Shown here one piece after another: positions 17,059 to 26,218 of a DNA stretch of 32,000 nt. The translations under genes and the position numbers were made by a program. Under the pieces are notes generated by a model. That model ran no database searches. It had not been told where the DNA came from and was given only the letters and a program-made list of their open reading frames with translations. The DNA comes from Allobaculum fili. GTDB lineage: Bacteria > Bacillota_I > Bacilli_A > Erysipelotrichales > Erysipelotrichaceae. The stretch lies in the NCBI RefSeq assembly GCF_020969955.1, contig NZ_JAHDSX010000018.1:12434-44433 (forward strand), in the 5' to 3' direction. The first letter of the stretch is position 1; the number at the start of each line of letters is the position of its first letter.

Positions 17059-19479
17059 ATGAATTCCAAGACATATCCCATTATCTGCACTCGCGGCGTA
17101 GTTGTATTCCCTGGCCAGGAAATCGTCATTGACGTCGGCCGGGAATCCAGCATCCGCGCGATTGATAACGCACAGGGAAACTACAGCGGCCAGATCTGCA
17201 TGTTCTCACAGATCAAGAATGATATTGACGCTCCCACCGAAGACGATATCCACAAAGTGGGTACCCTCTGCTGGATCCGTCATGCTCGTCGTTTCGACCG
17301 TTTCGTCCGCGTGAAATTTCAGGGTATTGAACGGGTAAAGCTTGAAAGCTTTGAAGAAGGCGCCTTGTCTGATCTTTGCGAAGTCGAAGTTCTCGAATCC
17401 GAAAGAGCAGATGAAACGGAAGAAACCGTTCTGATGCGGATGATTAAAGAGTCCCTGGAAGGGATGAAAACAGGCGAAAAGTTCATGTCCAAAGAACTCC
17501 TGCTCGACCTTTCCAAAGGAATTACGCCGGAAAATCTGACCAACAAGGCGGCCCAGATTTTCCCGCTTTCCATCGAACGGAAACAGAAGTATCTCGAAAC
17601 AACCAGCATTAACGCCAGACTGTACATGCTTAAAGAAGACATTGAGCAGGAAAAGTATCTGGCGGAAGTAGAAAAAATGATCAACGAAACCGTCAAGGAA
17701 CGTATTGATCAGAACCAGAAGGACTTCTTCCTTCGCGAGAAAATCGCGGCGATGCAGGAACAGCTTTCCGACGGACCGTCCATCGGCAAGGAAGGCCAGG
17801 AAATCCGCAAGCGCCTGGAAGACAATCCGTATCCGGAAAACATTCGCAAGAAAGTTCTCGAAGAACTCGACCGCTACGAAACGCTGCCGGCAGCCAGCGG
17901 CGAGACCGGCATCATCAAGACGTACATTGACTGGCTCATGAATCTGCCCTGGTGGCAGACGACCACGGACAACGAAGACCTCGATCAGGTCGAAGCGGTC
18001 CTGGAAGAAGACCATTACGGTCTGGAAAAAGTCAAGGAACGTATTCTGGAGTATCTCGCCGTGAAGCAGAACACCCAGTCTCTGAAAGCGCCGATCCTCT
18101 GCCTCGCAGGCCCTCCTGGAGTCGGAAAGACGTCTCTGGCCAAATCGATTGCCCGCGCGCTGGGCCGTCATTTCGTCAAGATGTCCCTTGGCGGCGTGCG
18201 CGATGAAGCGGAAATCCGCGGTCATCGCCGTACGTACATCGGTGCGCTTCCTGGCCGTGTCATTGAAGGCATGAAAAAAGCCGAAGTCATCAACCCGGTT
18301 TTCCTGATTGATGAAATCGACAAGATGGCTTCCGACTACAAAGGCGACCCGTCTTCGGCCATGCTGGAAGTACTGGACCCCGAACAGAACGCGCTGTTCT
18401 CCGATCACTACATCGAAGAGCCGTACGACCTGTCCAAAGTTCTCTTTATCGCTACCGCAAACTACCTCGAAAACATCCCGGCCGCTCTGAAAGACCGTCT
18501 GGAAATCATTGAGATTTCGTCCTATACCGATGTGGAAAAAATCCAGATCGCCAAGCGTCATCTCGTGCCCAGACAGCTCGAAGAAAACGGTCTGAAACCG
18601 GAACAGTTCGAAATCAGCGATGCCATGATCCTCTATCTGATTCGCTACTACACAAGAGAAGCCGGCGTTCGTCAGCTCGAACGTACCCTCGGCTCTCTGG
18701 CCCGCAAAGCCGTCCTCGGCATTCTGCGCAAGAAATTCGACAAGGTTGTGATCGACAAGGATCTCATCCACGAATGGCTTGGCAATGAGAAAGTCGACTA
18801 TGGCAAGCGCGAAGAGGAAGATCAGGTCGGCACCGTTACCGGACTGGCCTACACGTCCTTTGGCGGCGACATCCTTCAGATTGAAGCCAATAAGTTCGAA
18901 GGCAAGGGAAACCTGATCCTGACCGGACAGCTTGGCGATGTCATGAAGGAATCCGCGTCCATCGCGCTCGACTACGTGCGTGCCAATGCCGATCGCTACG
19001 GCATAGACGGAGAACTGTTCGCCAAAAACGACATTCATCTGCACGTACCGGAAGGCGCCGTACCAAAAGACGGACCTTCGGCTGGCGTAACGATGACGAC
19101 TGCTCTGACCTCGCTGATGACCGGCATCCCGGTGAAATCCAATCTGGCGATGACCGGTGAAGTGACCCTGCGCGGACACGTTCTGCCGATCGGCGGACTG
19201 AAAGAGAAATCCCTGGCCGCCTACCGCAGCGGAATTACCAGCATCCTCATTCCAAAAATGAATGAAAAGGATCTGGAAGACATTCCGGAAGAAGTGCGTA
19301 AAGCCGTAACCTTCACGCCGGTAGCTACCGTAGATGAAGTTCTCGCCAACGCGCTCACCAAACCGCTCAAGGCGAAAAAGAAAACGCGTACCCGAAAAGC
19401 CAAGACGAATCCAGAAACCGCAGCACTTCCTGCTGCAGCTGCAGGACAGCCTGCAGTTCAGGCAGGTGACGTAGCTTGA
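17059..19479 (+). CDS. lon: ATP-dependent Lon protease (LonA type)
   Basis: Lon N-domain ([13 protein letters not shown]), Walker [10 protein letters not shown], Walker [10 protein letters not shown], and the catalytic site [15 protein letters not shown] with a downstream Lys (GGLKEK). AGGAGG lies 9 nt upstream of the ATG. The protein ends in a basic Ala/Pro-rich tail. Confidence 0.95.
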   Translation: MNSKTYPIICTRGVVVFPGQEIVIDVGRESSIRAIDNAQGNYSGQICMFSQIKNDIDAPTEDDIHKVGTLCWIRHARRFDRFVRVKFQGIERVKLESFEEGALSDLCEVEVLESERADETEETVLMRMIKESLEGMKTGEKFMSKELLLDLSKGITPENLTNKAAQIFPLSIERKQKYLETTSINARLYMLKEDIEQEKYLAEVEKMINETVKERIDQNQKDFFLREKIAAMQEQLSDGPSIGKEGQEIRKRLEDNPYPENIRKKVLEELDRYETLPAASGETGIIKTYIDWLMNLPWWQTTTDNEDLDQVEAVLEEDHYGLEKVKERILEYLAVKQNTQSLKAPILCLAGPPGVGKTSLAKSIARALGRHFVKMSLGGVRDEAEIRGHRRTYIGALPGRVIEGMKKAEVINPVFLIDEIDKMASDYKGDPSSAMLEVLDPEQNALFSDHYIEEPYDLSKVLFIATANYLENIPAALKDRLEIIEISSYTDVEKIQIAKRHLVPRQLEENGLKPEQFEISDAMILYLIRYYTREAGVRQLERTLGSLARKAVLGILRKKFDKVVIDKDLIHEWLGNEKVDYGKREEEDQVGTVTGLAYTSFGGDILQIEANKFEGKGNLILTGQLGDVMKESASIALDYVRANADRYGIDGELFAKNDIHLHVPEGAVPKDGPSAGVTMTTALTSLMTGIPVKSNLAMTGEVTLRGHVLPIGGLKEKSLAAYRSGITSILIPKMNEKDLEDIPEEVRKAVTFTPVATVDEVLANALTKPLKAKKKTRTRKAKTNPETAALPAAAAGQPAVQAGDVA

Positions 19480-20087
19480 AACAGCTGAACAGCTCCTTTC
19501 TCGTCTCCGCTTCCGGCAAGGACAACTGGCCGGACAGCGATCTGCCGGAAATCGTCGTTGTCGGCCGTTCTAACGTCGGCAAGAGCAGTTTCATTAACGC
19601 GCTTACTGGTCGCAAGAAGCTGGCGTACGTCGGTTCCACCCCCGGCAAAACTCAGCTGATCAACTTCTTTGATATTGACGGACAGTGGGCGCTGGTCGAT
19701 GTCCCAGGCTATGGCTATGCGAAGCTCTCACAGGCCCAGCTGCGCCAGATGGGCAGGATGATGGACGATTACTTCGGAGAACGCAAACAGATCGCCGGCG
19801 TTGTCTGCCTGGTCGATGCCCGTCATGCGCCTAGCGCAGACGATCTGGACATGATCGACTACTTTAAGCAGACCGGCCGCAGGATCATTATCGGGGCTAC
19901 CAAAATCGATAAGGTCCCTAAGACAAAACGACAGGCCGCTCTGAAAGTCATCTCGCGCGATCTGCAGATTCCGATGAAATCCATCTATCCGATCTCTTCG
20001 GTAGAAAAGAGCGGATTTGACGAGATTTATCAGGCGATCCTCGGCCTGCTTGGCCAGAAGGCAGAAGTAGCCGGCGAAAACGCCTAG
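19476..20087 (+). CDS. engB: Ribosome-biogenesis GTPase EngB/YihA (YsxC)
   Basis: G1 GRSNVGKSS, G3 DVPGYG, G4 TKIDK. The TTG start overlaps the lon TGA stop (TTGA). Confidence 0.9.
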   Translation: MKQLNSSFLVSASGKDNWPDSDLPEIVVVGRSNVGKSSFINALTGRKKLAYVGSTPGKTQLINFFDIDGQWALVDVPGYGYAKLSQAQLRQMGRMMDDYFGERKQIAGVVCLVDARHAPSADDLDMIDYFKQTGRRIIIGATKIDKVPKTKRQAALKVISRDLQIPMKSIYPISSVEKSGFDEIYQAILGLLGQKAEVAGENA

Positions 20088-20091
20088 CTTT

Positions 20092-20149
20092 CCAATCCAT
20101 GAAACAAGCGAACCGCACGGGAAAATGAAATTCCCTATGCGGTTTTTTT
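20092..20149 (+). repeat. Left copy of an imperfect ~58-nt direct repeat; it contains the engB terminator
   Basis: By hand alignment, 46 of 58 positions are identical to 24627-24687, with one 1-nt gap. Confidence 0.6.
20113..20149 (+). terminator. Rho-independent terminator after engB
   Basis: CCGCA-C-GGG, an 11-nt loop, CCC-TA-TGCGG, then T7. Confidence 0.75.
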
Positions 20150-20303
20150 GTGCAGCAAACGATTAGGAACGTTACTTTTTTATAACACGTTTATTGAAGA
20201 AAATAATCCATCCTGTTCCGACTGCCTTTTTCTTCTATACTCATAAATGCAGGGGAAAGCGCTTACATTTGCGTGAACATCCAGGACGGTCATCGGTGCA
20301 ATC

Positions 20304-20328
20304 CTTGAGATATCTTCCTTATCTCAAG
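20304..20328 (+). promoter_or_regulatory. 9-bp perfect stem-loop in the AT-rich leader of the TIR gene; function unknown
   Basis: CTTGAGATA tcttcct TATCTCAAG. No T-tract follows it on either strand. Confidence 0.3.
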
Positions 20329-20430
20329 CAAAAAACAATCCTGAAAATATGAATGGATAAACACATGGCTTCAACAGGTATCGAATCAGGCTGTCCTTAT
20401 TTCTGACGAACCAGAAAAGGAGGAAAGAAA

Positions 20431-23400
20431 ATGAAACTGAAAATCATAACCCCAGACAACGGAAATTTTCAAACACGACCCAAGGTGCTTCTTATCTCTT
20501 CCGAATCCGAACAGATCGACCAGCGGATTGTTCAAAGCGTATTTTCAAGAGTTTACTGCTCGATTCTGATGCTCGACGGAAACATCGAGGAAATGACTGA
20601 GACTGACATGGAACAGCTTGAAAACGTATTTCTGGCTGTCGTACCCGTTACCGCATCGCTGCTCCAGAAGCAGTCCTTCCTGAAAGACAATTTATTGCCT
20701 TTTCTTGACCGAAATAAGCTTCCTGCACTTCCCATATTAAGCGATTCGAGCCTTATTGACGACTATGCGGAAGTGTTTGGAGATCTTCAGTTTATTGAGC
20801 TGGAACCCGATCTGCTCAAGGGAAAGACGCTGGAAGGGAAAATGGAGGAATATCTGGATAAGATGTTTGTCAGTCTGGATGTTATTGAAAAGATCCAGTC
20901 TTCCTTCCGGCTTCATCTTTTTATAAGCTACCGGAAAAAAGACTGGCAGTACGCACAGAACCTCATGGGATACCTTCAGTCTCTGGAAACGTCATGGGAT
21001 GTCGCGTTATGGTATGACGATTATCTGATCCCTGGTGAAGATTTTAATCAGGTGATCAAAGAGAATCTGGAAAAGAGTGAAGTTTTCACACTGCTGGTAA
21101 CCCCGGCACTGGAAGAAGAAAACTATATCAGTAAACAGGAATACCCTTTGGCTCTGGATGCGAAAAAAACGATAATTCCAATCGAAATGGAATCAGCGGA
21201 TTCAGAAAAGCTCGCCCGTCTCTATAAAGATCTTCCGGAAATTCGTTCGGTGAGTGACCCCGTTTTACGCAAACGACTGAACCGGCTTCTCCAGTCCGAT
21301 ACTTCATTCGATGGCAGCGATCCCTCAAAGCTTTATTATCTCGGGCTGGCACTTCTCAAAGGAATCAATAAAAAAAGAAACGGTGAAAAGGCAGAAATGC
21401 TGATCGGACAGGCTGCCGAAAAAGGCTATATTGAAGCGTTCAGAAAATTGTCGGAAATGTATTTCTCTGGCGATGGAGTCCGCCGAAATTATCGGACCGC
21501 TTTAACGTACGCTAAACGATACCTTTTCAGGTGTGCTGAACAGTTTGCGAACAGGAGGGACCAGGAGCATGCCCTGCAGCTTTACCTTGCGCTAAAGGGA
21601 TACCTTCAGGATCTGATCCATCTTGGGCTGTACAAAGAAGCGGAGAAGGAAGTAAACGACTCCCTGCTTCCGATTATGCAGGCGTTAAAAGAGAGCCAGT
21701 TTGATGTATATCCTTTAACCGTTCTTCTGTTTTCCACTCTCGGCCAGGTCAAAGAAGCGCAGGGAAAATATGAAGAAGCATTACGCGCTTACCGCTCTCT
21801 TACCAATATTCTGGCAGATCGCCTCGAAGAGAGTGTCGAACTGCTGGATGTCTACTGGAAAGCCTGGTACGACAGGATCTCCATCCTGCAAAAGCAGAAT
21901 CATCTCAGTGAAGCCAGAAGAACTTTGAATGCATTCAAAAAGACGCTGAACGACAGCTCTGGCGCGGATGTATACAGTACTCGATTGAAATGGGAAGCGT
22001 ACTTAACGGGTCTTGAAGCGACATTGCTGTGTGAAGAAAAGGATATGGATGGGGTTTCCAATCTGCTGAAGAAAATTGAGGACATGATCCAAAACAGCAC
22101 CACTGGATACGCCTTCTGCAAAGAATACTTAGAAAAAACAGATTTGATGCTGAAGGCCTGGCTGTCCAGGGAACAGGAAGACTATGTGCAGTCGGCTCGA
22201 ACCTTACGACAGCTGGAAAAAATTCTGCTTGACAAAGGCGCTTACCTTTCGCCGTCCGATCAAAGCAGTCTGGCTCATATATACAGGCTGATGGGCGAGA
22301 ATTATATGCGCCTGAACAAACCGGCCTGTGCGCGCTCTTATTTTGAAAAAGCCATAAAAAGAATCTCTGACATTCAAAACAGGACGCGAGATGACAATCT
22401 GGAAATGATTCTTTGTTTATACGGGCTTGGAGAAAGCCATTCTCTTACCGATTCAGAAAAACAGGCCAAAAGCTGTTATCAGATGGCCCTGCTGAAAATG
22501 CAGGACTGCACGGTAGAGAAGAACCAGCTGAACAAAGACAAAATAGATTCGGAAAAAGTTTCCATGCGCTTTCCAGAAGCGGCAGCTTCGATTCGAAAAG
22601 CGGGTCTGTTCTTTGAACGTCAAAGGGATCCAGAACGGGCGATTCAGTTTTATAGAGAGGCTTTGAATCAGCTGAATGCCTTTCCTGCAAATTCCGATCA
22701 TCCCGATTCTCTGGAAAATGTACTGGAGAGCGATATGGGACGCATCTTTTATGGCTCAGGAGACCTTGAAACGGCGCTGGGCCATTTCGAAAAAAGCGTT
22801 CAGTCCGCACGGAAAGACTACGACTTGCGACGCGATGATCTTTCGCTTCAGAATCTGTTCACAGCCTTGAGCAACGCAGCCCTATGCGCTCTGCAATCGG
22901 GCGATCACATAAGAGCTTTGAAGCATTTTGTAAGCTGGTGGAAGATTCGGTCCGTCTTGTCTGCAGAGGACTGTGCCAGTTGCGATACCCTTTTGCAGGA
23001 CGAGATGATTTTGAAAAATATTGCGGATCTGTATCCTCAGCAGGAGGATGAAGAAAGCGAAGCTGTATACCGCAGGATTCTTTTAAAACGGCTCCAGAAG
23101 CTTTATAAACTGGATCCGGATCCCGATACACGCACTCGACTGGAAAATTGCGCCATACGAATCATAACCATCTGTCAGCACCAGAATATTGCGCAGGCGG
23201 AGCCTGAACTTGAATTTCTGATTCCTAGGATTGAAGAGGATCTGGAAGAGGAGAACTCTACGGAACTCACGCTTTTCCTTGCCATTCTGAAATATCAGTA
23301 TGGACAGGTTTTATATATTCAGGACAGGGATTCTGAAGCGCTTCGAGTTTTATATGAGGCCAGTGCGCTGTTTGAAAAAACTTCGGACACAGCGGAATAT

Positions 23401-24546
23401 GAGGACTATCGTTTCCGTCATTATTCTCTTCTTGTACTGGCCGGAAGAAGCTGCATGAATCTGAAGGATTATGAGCAGGCAAAAAATGTTCTGCTGGAAG
23501 ATTCCGCTCTGGTAGAAAAGGATATCTTTCGTTTTTATGGACGCAGCCCGGAAAACGACGAATACACCTGGGAAAACTGCTGCATCGTGAATGGATATCT
23601 TGCGAAGGCTCTGATTCCGTTAGAAGCGTATGATCTGCTCTGTTCGAAAACACAGAGATTAATCGATCTGTTCTGCCAGATCGGAAATCTGGAGAATGAA
23701 AATGATTTTTCAGAAGTCCTTGGTTTCGTCGATACGATCGTTGATCATCTCGAATCCGCACCGCTGGAATACCAGCTCAGAGTTTCCGGGATCGGTATTG
23801 AACTGATCCTTGGAAAACTCAGGAAAGCATGGAACTCGGATGTGTTTAAAAAACTCAAACAGAGGCTTTCCTTCCCATTCAGAAAAGCAAAAGCAGCGGC
23901 ATGGAAATCGGGATTGTTTGCGGTTTATCAAGAACAGATGGAGATTTTCGACAGTCTTTACGAAAGGTATGGTCTCCCTGTAATTCAGGCAGAACGGGGG
24001 AAAGCCGCATATCTGGCTGGCAGCTGTTTTTACGATCTGCACGAATTTGAAATCGCGGTCCAGATTTTCATTGAAGTTCTTGAAGGTTTTCAAAATCTGT
24101 ATTTGACGGAAAACGGACTTTCAAAACAATATCTGGAAGCCTGGATGAATACGTATGACCGTCTGGGGGATATGTATTCAAGAACCGGGGAATGGCAGAA
24201 TGCCGAAGCTTCTTATCATCATGCTATTCAACTGGCCAGAAAAAAGCTTCAGTGCGAACATGCGGATGTTTTCGACGAGAGGGATCTAGGGATTACGGAA
24301 CTTCATTATGGAATCTCGCTGGCTGAACAAAACTATGTTCAGGAAGCGCTTTCGATATTCACCAGACTGCAGCCCAGATTTCAGGCTCTGGCCGAGAGAA
24401 AGAAGCAGCGTTTATATTATCGGGATCTGGACAATCTCAATTACTGGCTGTCCCTCATCTGTAAAAAAGCCGGACTGAGGGAGGTTTCAAATACGAAGGA
24501 TCCAGTTTCGTCTGAGGATCCAAAAGCCTCTGCCTCTAAAAAATAG
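20431..24546 (+). CDS. 1371-aa protein: degenerate TIR-like module + TIR_2 domain + Sel1 repeats + long TPR-like helical-repeat region
   Basis: Strong SD AAGGAGG (20417-20423) 7 nt before the ATG. The TIR_2 pattern spans aa 161-255 (LFISYRKKD...WYDDYLIPGEDFNQVIKENLEKSEVFTLLVTP...SKQEYPLALDAKKTIIPIEME). Sel1-like repeats span aa ~299-365 (LGLALLKG...AEKGYIEAFRKLSEMYFSGDGVRRNYRTALTYAKRY). The remainder is repetitive amphipathic helices with TPR-like A/Y/L spacing. There is no Walker A, no TM segment and no signal peptide. Confidence 0.85.
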   Translation: MKLKIITPDNGNFQTRPKVLLISSESEQIDQRIVQSVFSRVYCSILMLDGNIEEMTETDMEQLENVFLAVVPVTASLLQKQSFLKDNLLPFLDRNKLPALPILSDSSLIDDYAEVFGDLQFIELEPDLLKGKTLEGKMEEYLDKMFVSLDVIEKIQSSFRLHLFISYRKKDWQYAQNLMGYLQSLETSWDVALWYDDYLIPGEDFNQVIKENLEKSEVFTLLVTPALEEENYISKQEYPLALDAKKTIIPIEMESADSEKLARLYKDLPEIRSVSDPVLRKRLNRLLQSDTSFDGSDPSKLYYLGLALLKGINKKRNGEKAEMLIGQAAEKGYIEAFRKLSEMYFSGDGVRRNYRTALTYAKRYLFRCAEQFANRRDQEHALQLYLALKGYLQDLIHLGLYKEAEKEVNDSLLPIMQALKESQFDVYPLTVLLFSTLGQVKEAQGKYEEALRAYRSLTNILADRLEESVELLDVYWKAWYDRISILQKQNHLSEARRTLNAFKKTLNDSSGADVYSTRLKWEAYLTGLEATLLCEEKDMDGVSNLLKKIEDMIQNSTTGYAFCKEYLEKTDLMLKAWLSREQEDYVQSARTLRQLEKILLDKGAYLSPSDQSSLAHIYRLMGENYMRLNKPACARSYFEKAIKRISDIQNRTRDDNLEMILCLYGLGESHSLTDSEKQAKSCYQMALLKMQDCTVEKNQLNKDKIDSEKVSMRFPEAAASIRKAGLFFERQRDPERAIQFYREALNQLNAFPANSDHPDSLENVLESDMGRIFYGSGDLETALGHFEKSVQSARKDYDLRRDDLSLQNLFTALSNAALCALQSGDHIRALKHFVSWWKIRSVLSAEDCASCDTLLQDEMILKNIADLYPQQEDEESEAVYRRILLKRLQKLYKLDPDPDTRTRLENCAIRIITICQHQNIAQAEPELEFLIPRIEEDLEEENSTELTLFLAILKYQYGQVLYIQDRDSEALRVLYEASALFEKTSDTAEYEDYRFRHYSLLVLAGRSCMNLKDYEQAKNVLLEDSALVEKDIFRFYGRSPENDEYTWENCCIVNGYLAKALIPLEAYDLLCSKTQRLIDLFCQIGNLENENDFSEVLGFVDTIVDHLESAPLEYQLRVSGIGIELILGKLRKAWNSDVFKKLKQRLSFPFRKAKAAAWKSGLFAVYQEQMEIFDSLYERYGLPVIQAERGKAAYLAGSCFYDLHEFEIAVQIFIEVLEGFQNLYLTENGLSKQYLEAWMNTYDRLGDMYSRTGEWQNAEASYHHAIQLARKKLQCEHADVFDERDLGITELHYGISLAEQNYVQEALSIFTRLQPRFQALAERKKQRLYYRDLDNLNYWLSLICKKAGLREVSNTKDPVSSEDPKASASKK

Positions 24547-24626
24547 CGGATCTGGCGAGATGGATCAGGCGATCCCCGGTCTTCTGGGTAGGAAACCAGA
24601 AACTGCCGACGCAAACGCCAGACGCT

Positions 24627-24687
24627 CCATTCCATAAATCCAATAAACCGCACAGGGAAAATAAAAGGCCTTATGCGGTTTTCTTTT
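24627..24687 (+). repeat. Right copy of the imperfect direct repeat; it contains the terminator of the TIR gene
   Basis: See 20092-20149. Shared blocks include CCGCAC(A)GGGAAAAT and TATGCGGTTTT. Confidence 0.6.
24648..24687 (+). terminator. Rho-independent terminator after the TIR-TPR gene
   Basis: CCGCA-c-AGG, loop, CCT-ta-TGCGG, followed by TTTTCTTTT. Confidence 0.65.
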
Positions 24688-24792
24688 GCGGGTTATAAAA
24701 CGGGAAATTCCGTTTTAGAAAAAATTGGGAACGGCGTATGGGGTGTACATCCAAAATAGCGAAGACGGTGAAAATTCGCATCACGAACCTGC

Positions 24793-24828
24793 AGAAAACA
24801 CCCCTGCCGGATGGATGAAGGCGGGGTG
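24793..24828 (-). terminator. Rho-independent terminator of the mtl-type operon (minus strand)
   Basis: On the minus strand: CACCCCGCC ttcatccatcc GGCAGGGGTG followed by TTTTCTGC. Confidence 0.65.
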
Positions 24829-24961
24829 CTGTACAAAGGAGACAGAAAGGATACAGATGAAGAGGTACAGATTTAGAAAGGAATGAGGAAGATAGGATCG
24901 GATGGGGCGAAATCCGGTCCGTTTATTTCCTCAGGCTCTGTCACTTCAAGGTGCGGGCGAA

Positions 24962-26215
24962 TTATTCACCGAAGTGTTCCAGAAGCATTTTTTCGGCTTT
25001 GGCCGACCAGAGTCCGCGGTTGGCTTTGCAGACTTTGTCGAGCTCGTAGAAGAACGGATCCTGCTTGCCGAGGCTGGCCAGATCGTCGATCGCGGTCATC
25101 GGCATGTCGATGTGGGTGTAGACGAGCTTTTTGCCGCCAGGTATGTTTGGCAGATCCTTGGTAACGTCTACAGCGGAAGCGAGACCGCCAACGTGGGTGA
25201 TCATGACCGCGGAATCGATGCGTCCGTCGGCGTTCTTTTCGATGGCTTCTTTCATGTCATCGATGGTACCGCCGGTCGAGCCGATGATTTTGGTACGGGA
25301 GTAGTGGCTGTCGTACAGGTTGCAGGTGGCGGAGAACTTCGGATCGGTCGGGCCGGCGAAGAGGTTCATGCAGCCGTCGTAGGCGAGCAGGCGGTTACCC
25401 ATTTCGCATACAGCCCGGTTCGGAATGTAGACGAAGACATCGTCGTAGCCTTTGCCGCCGGTGATGTCGCGCAGTTCTTTTTCGGCATCTTCCATTTTGG
25501 CGGTGTTTACGTAAATGAGTTCAACGCCGTTTCTGGCAGCTTCTTCTTCGCTGATGACTTCTCTGGCACGGTGAATGCGATCATCGCTGATTTCCGTAAC
25601 CACGATGCGTTTTGGCTTGTTTTCAAAGGTCAGGCCATAGGAGATGGCGCCAAGACCCATCGGGCCGCATCCGCCAAGGATCAGGATATCGCCGCCTTCT
25701 TTCGTACCCATTACGTGCTGGTACGTGCCAGGAATCGTGTGGTAGTTGGTGTGATAGCCGCCGATGCAGCAGGAAACGGGTTCGGCTACTGAACTGGCGA
25801 AGTAGGCGTCGCCATCGTACGTCCAGAGGCATCCGGATTCAATGATGTGGTTGGGGAAAATGCAGTATTCGGTGTCGCCGCCGCAGTAACGGTAGGAGTA
25901 TCCCGGGGATTCCATCTGACCGGGGATGGCCGGCTGCTGCGCGAATTTCTGACCGGGCTTGAACTGGTTCTGCCATTTCTTGCCGACTTTCACGATGTCG
26001 CCGGCGAATTCGTGGCCGATGATGATCGGGTTGTCGTATACGTCGTTTGGTACGCGTTTATGTTTCGCACCCTGTTTTACGGTTTTCCAGGTGGACATGC
26101 AGATGGAGTCGGATACGACTTTTACCAGGATTTCGTCATCCTGAATTTCCGGCAGTTCAAATTCGTCAAGACGGATGTCGTCTACGCCATACAGGCGGAT
26201 CGCTTTTGTTTTCAT
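24962..26215 (-). CDS. Zn-dependent MDR-family dehydrogenase resembling L-sorbose-1-phosphate reductase (SorE-like)
   Basis: 417 aa. The N-terminus MKTKAIRLYG..DIRLDEFELPEIQDDEILVKVVSDSICMSTWK..QGAKHKRVPNDV..NPIIIGHEFAGDIVKVGKKWQ and the Rossmann motif ILILGGCGPMGLGAI closely follow my recollection of SorE-family sequences. The gene begins 3 nt after the fruK stop. Confidence 0.65.
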   Translation of the reverse strand: MKTKAIRLYGVDDIRLDEFELPEIQDDEILVKVVSDSICMSTWKTVKQGAKHKRVPNDVYDNPIIIGHEFAGDIVKVGKKWQNQFKPGQKFAQQPAIPGQMESPGYSYRYCGGDTEYCIFPNHIIESGCLWTYDGDAYFASSVAEPVSCCIGGYHTNYHTIPGTYQHVMGTKEGGDILILGGCGPMGLGAISYGLTFENKPKRIVVTEISDDRIHRAREVISEEEAARNGVELIYVNTAKMEDAEKELRDITGGKGYDDVFVYIPNRAVCEMGNRLLAYDGCMNLFAGPTDPKFSATCNLYDSHYSRTKIIGSTGGTIDDMKEAIEKNADGRIDSAVMITHVGGLASAVDVTKDLPNIPGGKKLVYTHIDMPMTAIDDLASLGKQDPFFYELDKVCKANRGLWSAKAEKMLLEHFGE

Positions 26216-26218
26216 GAT

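Noticed and set aside
20365-20406. 13-codon upstream ORF (MASTGIESGCPYF) just before the TIR gene.
   Set aside because: It has no SD, and I have no conservation information. It is most likely a chance ORF in an AT-rich leader.
20806-20829. GKT tripeptide (PDLLKGKT, aa 126-133) as a possible P-loop in the TIR protein.
   Set aside because: It lacks the G/A-x4-GK[ST] spacing (the first position is Pro). It sits in the linker between the two TIR-like modules, with no Walker B or NTPase context.
24738-24821. 27-codon ORF (MGCTSKIAKTVKIRITNLQKTPLPDG) between the TIR terminator and the operon terminator.
   Set aside because: The SD is weak, the ORF runs into the stem of the minus-strand terminator, and it has no recognisable features.
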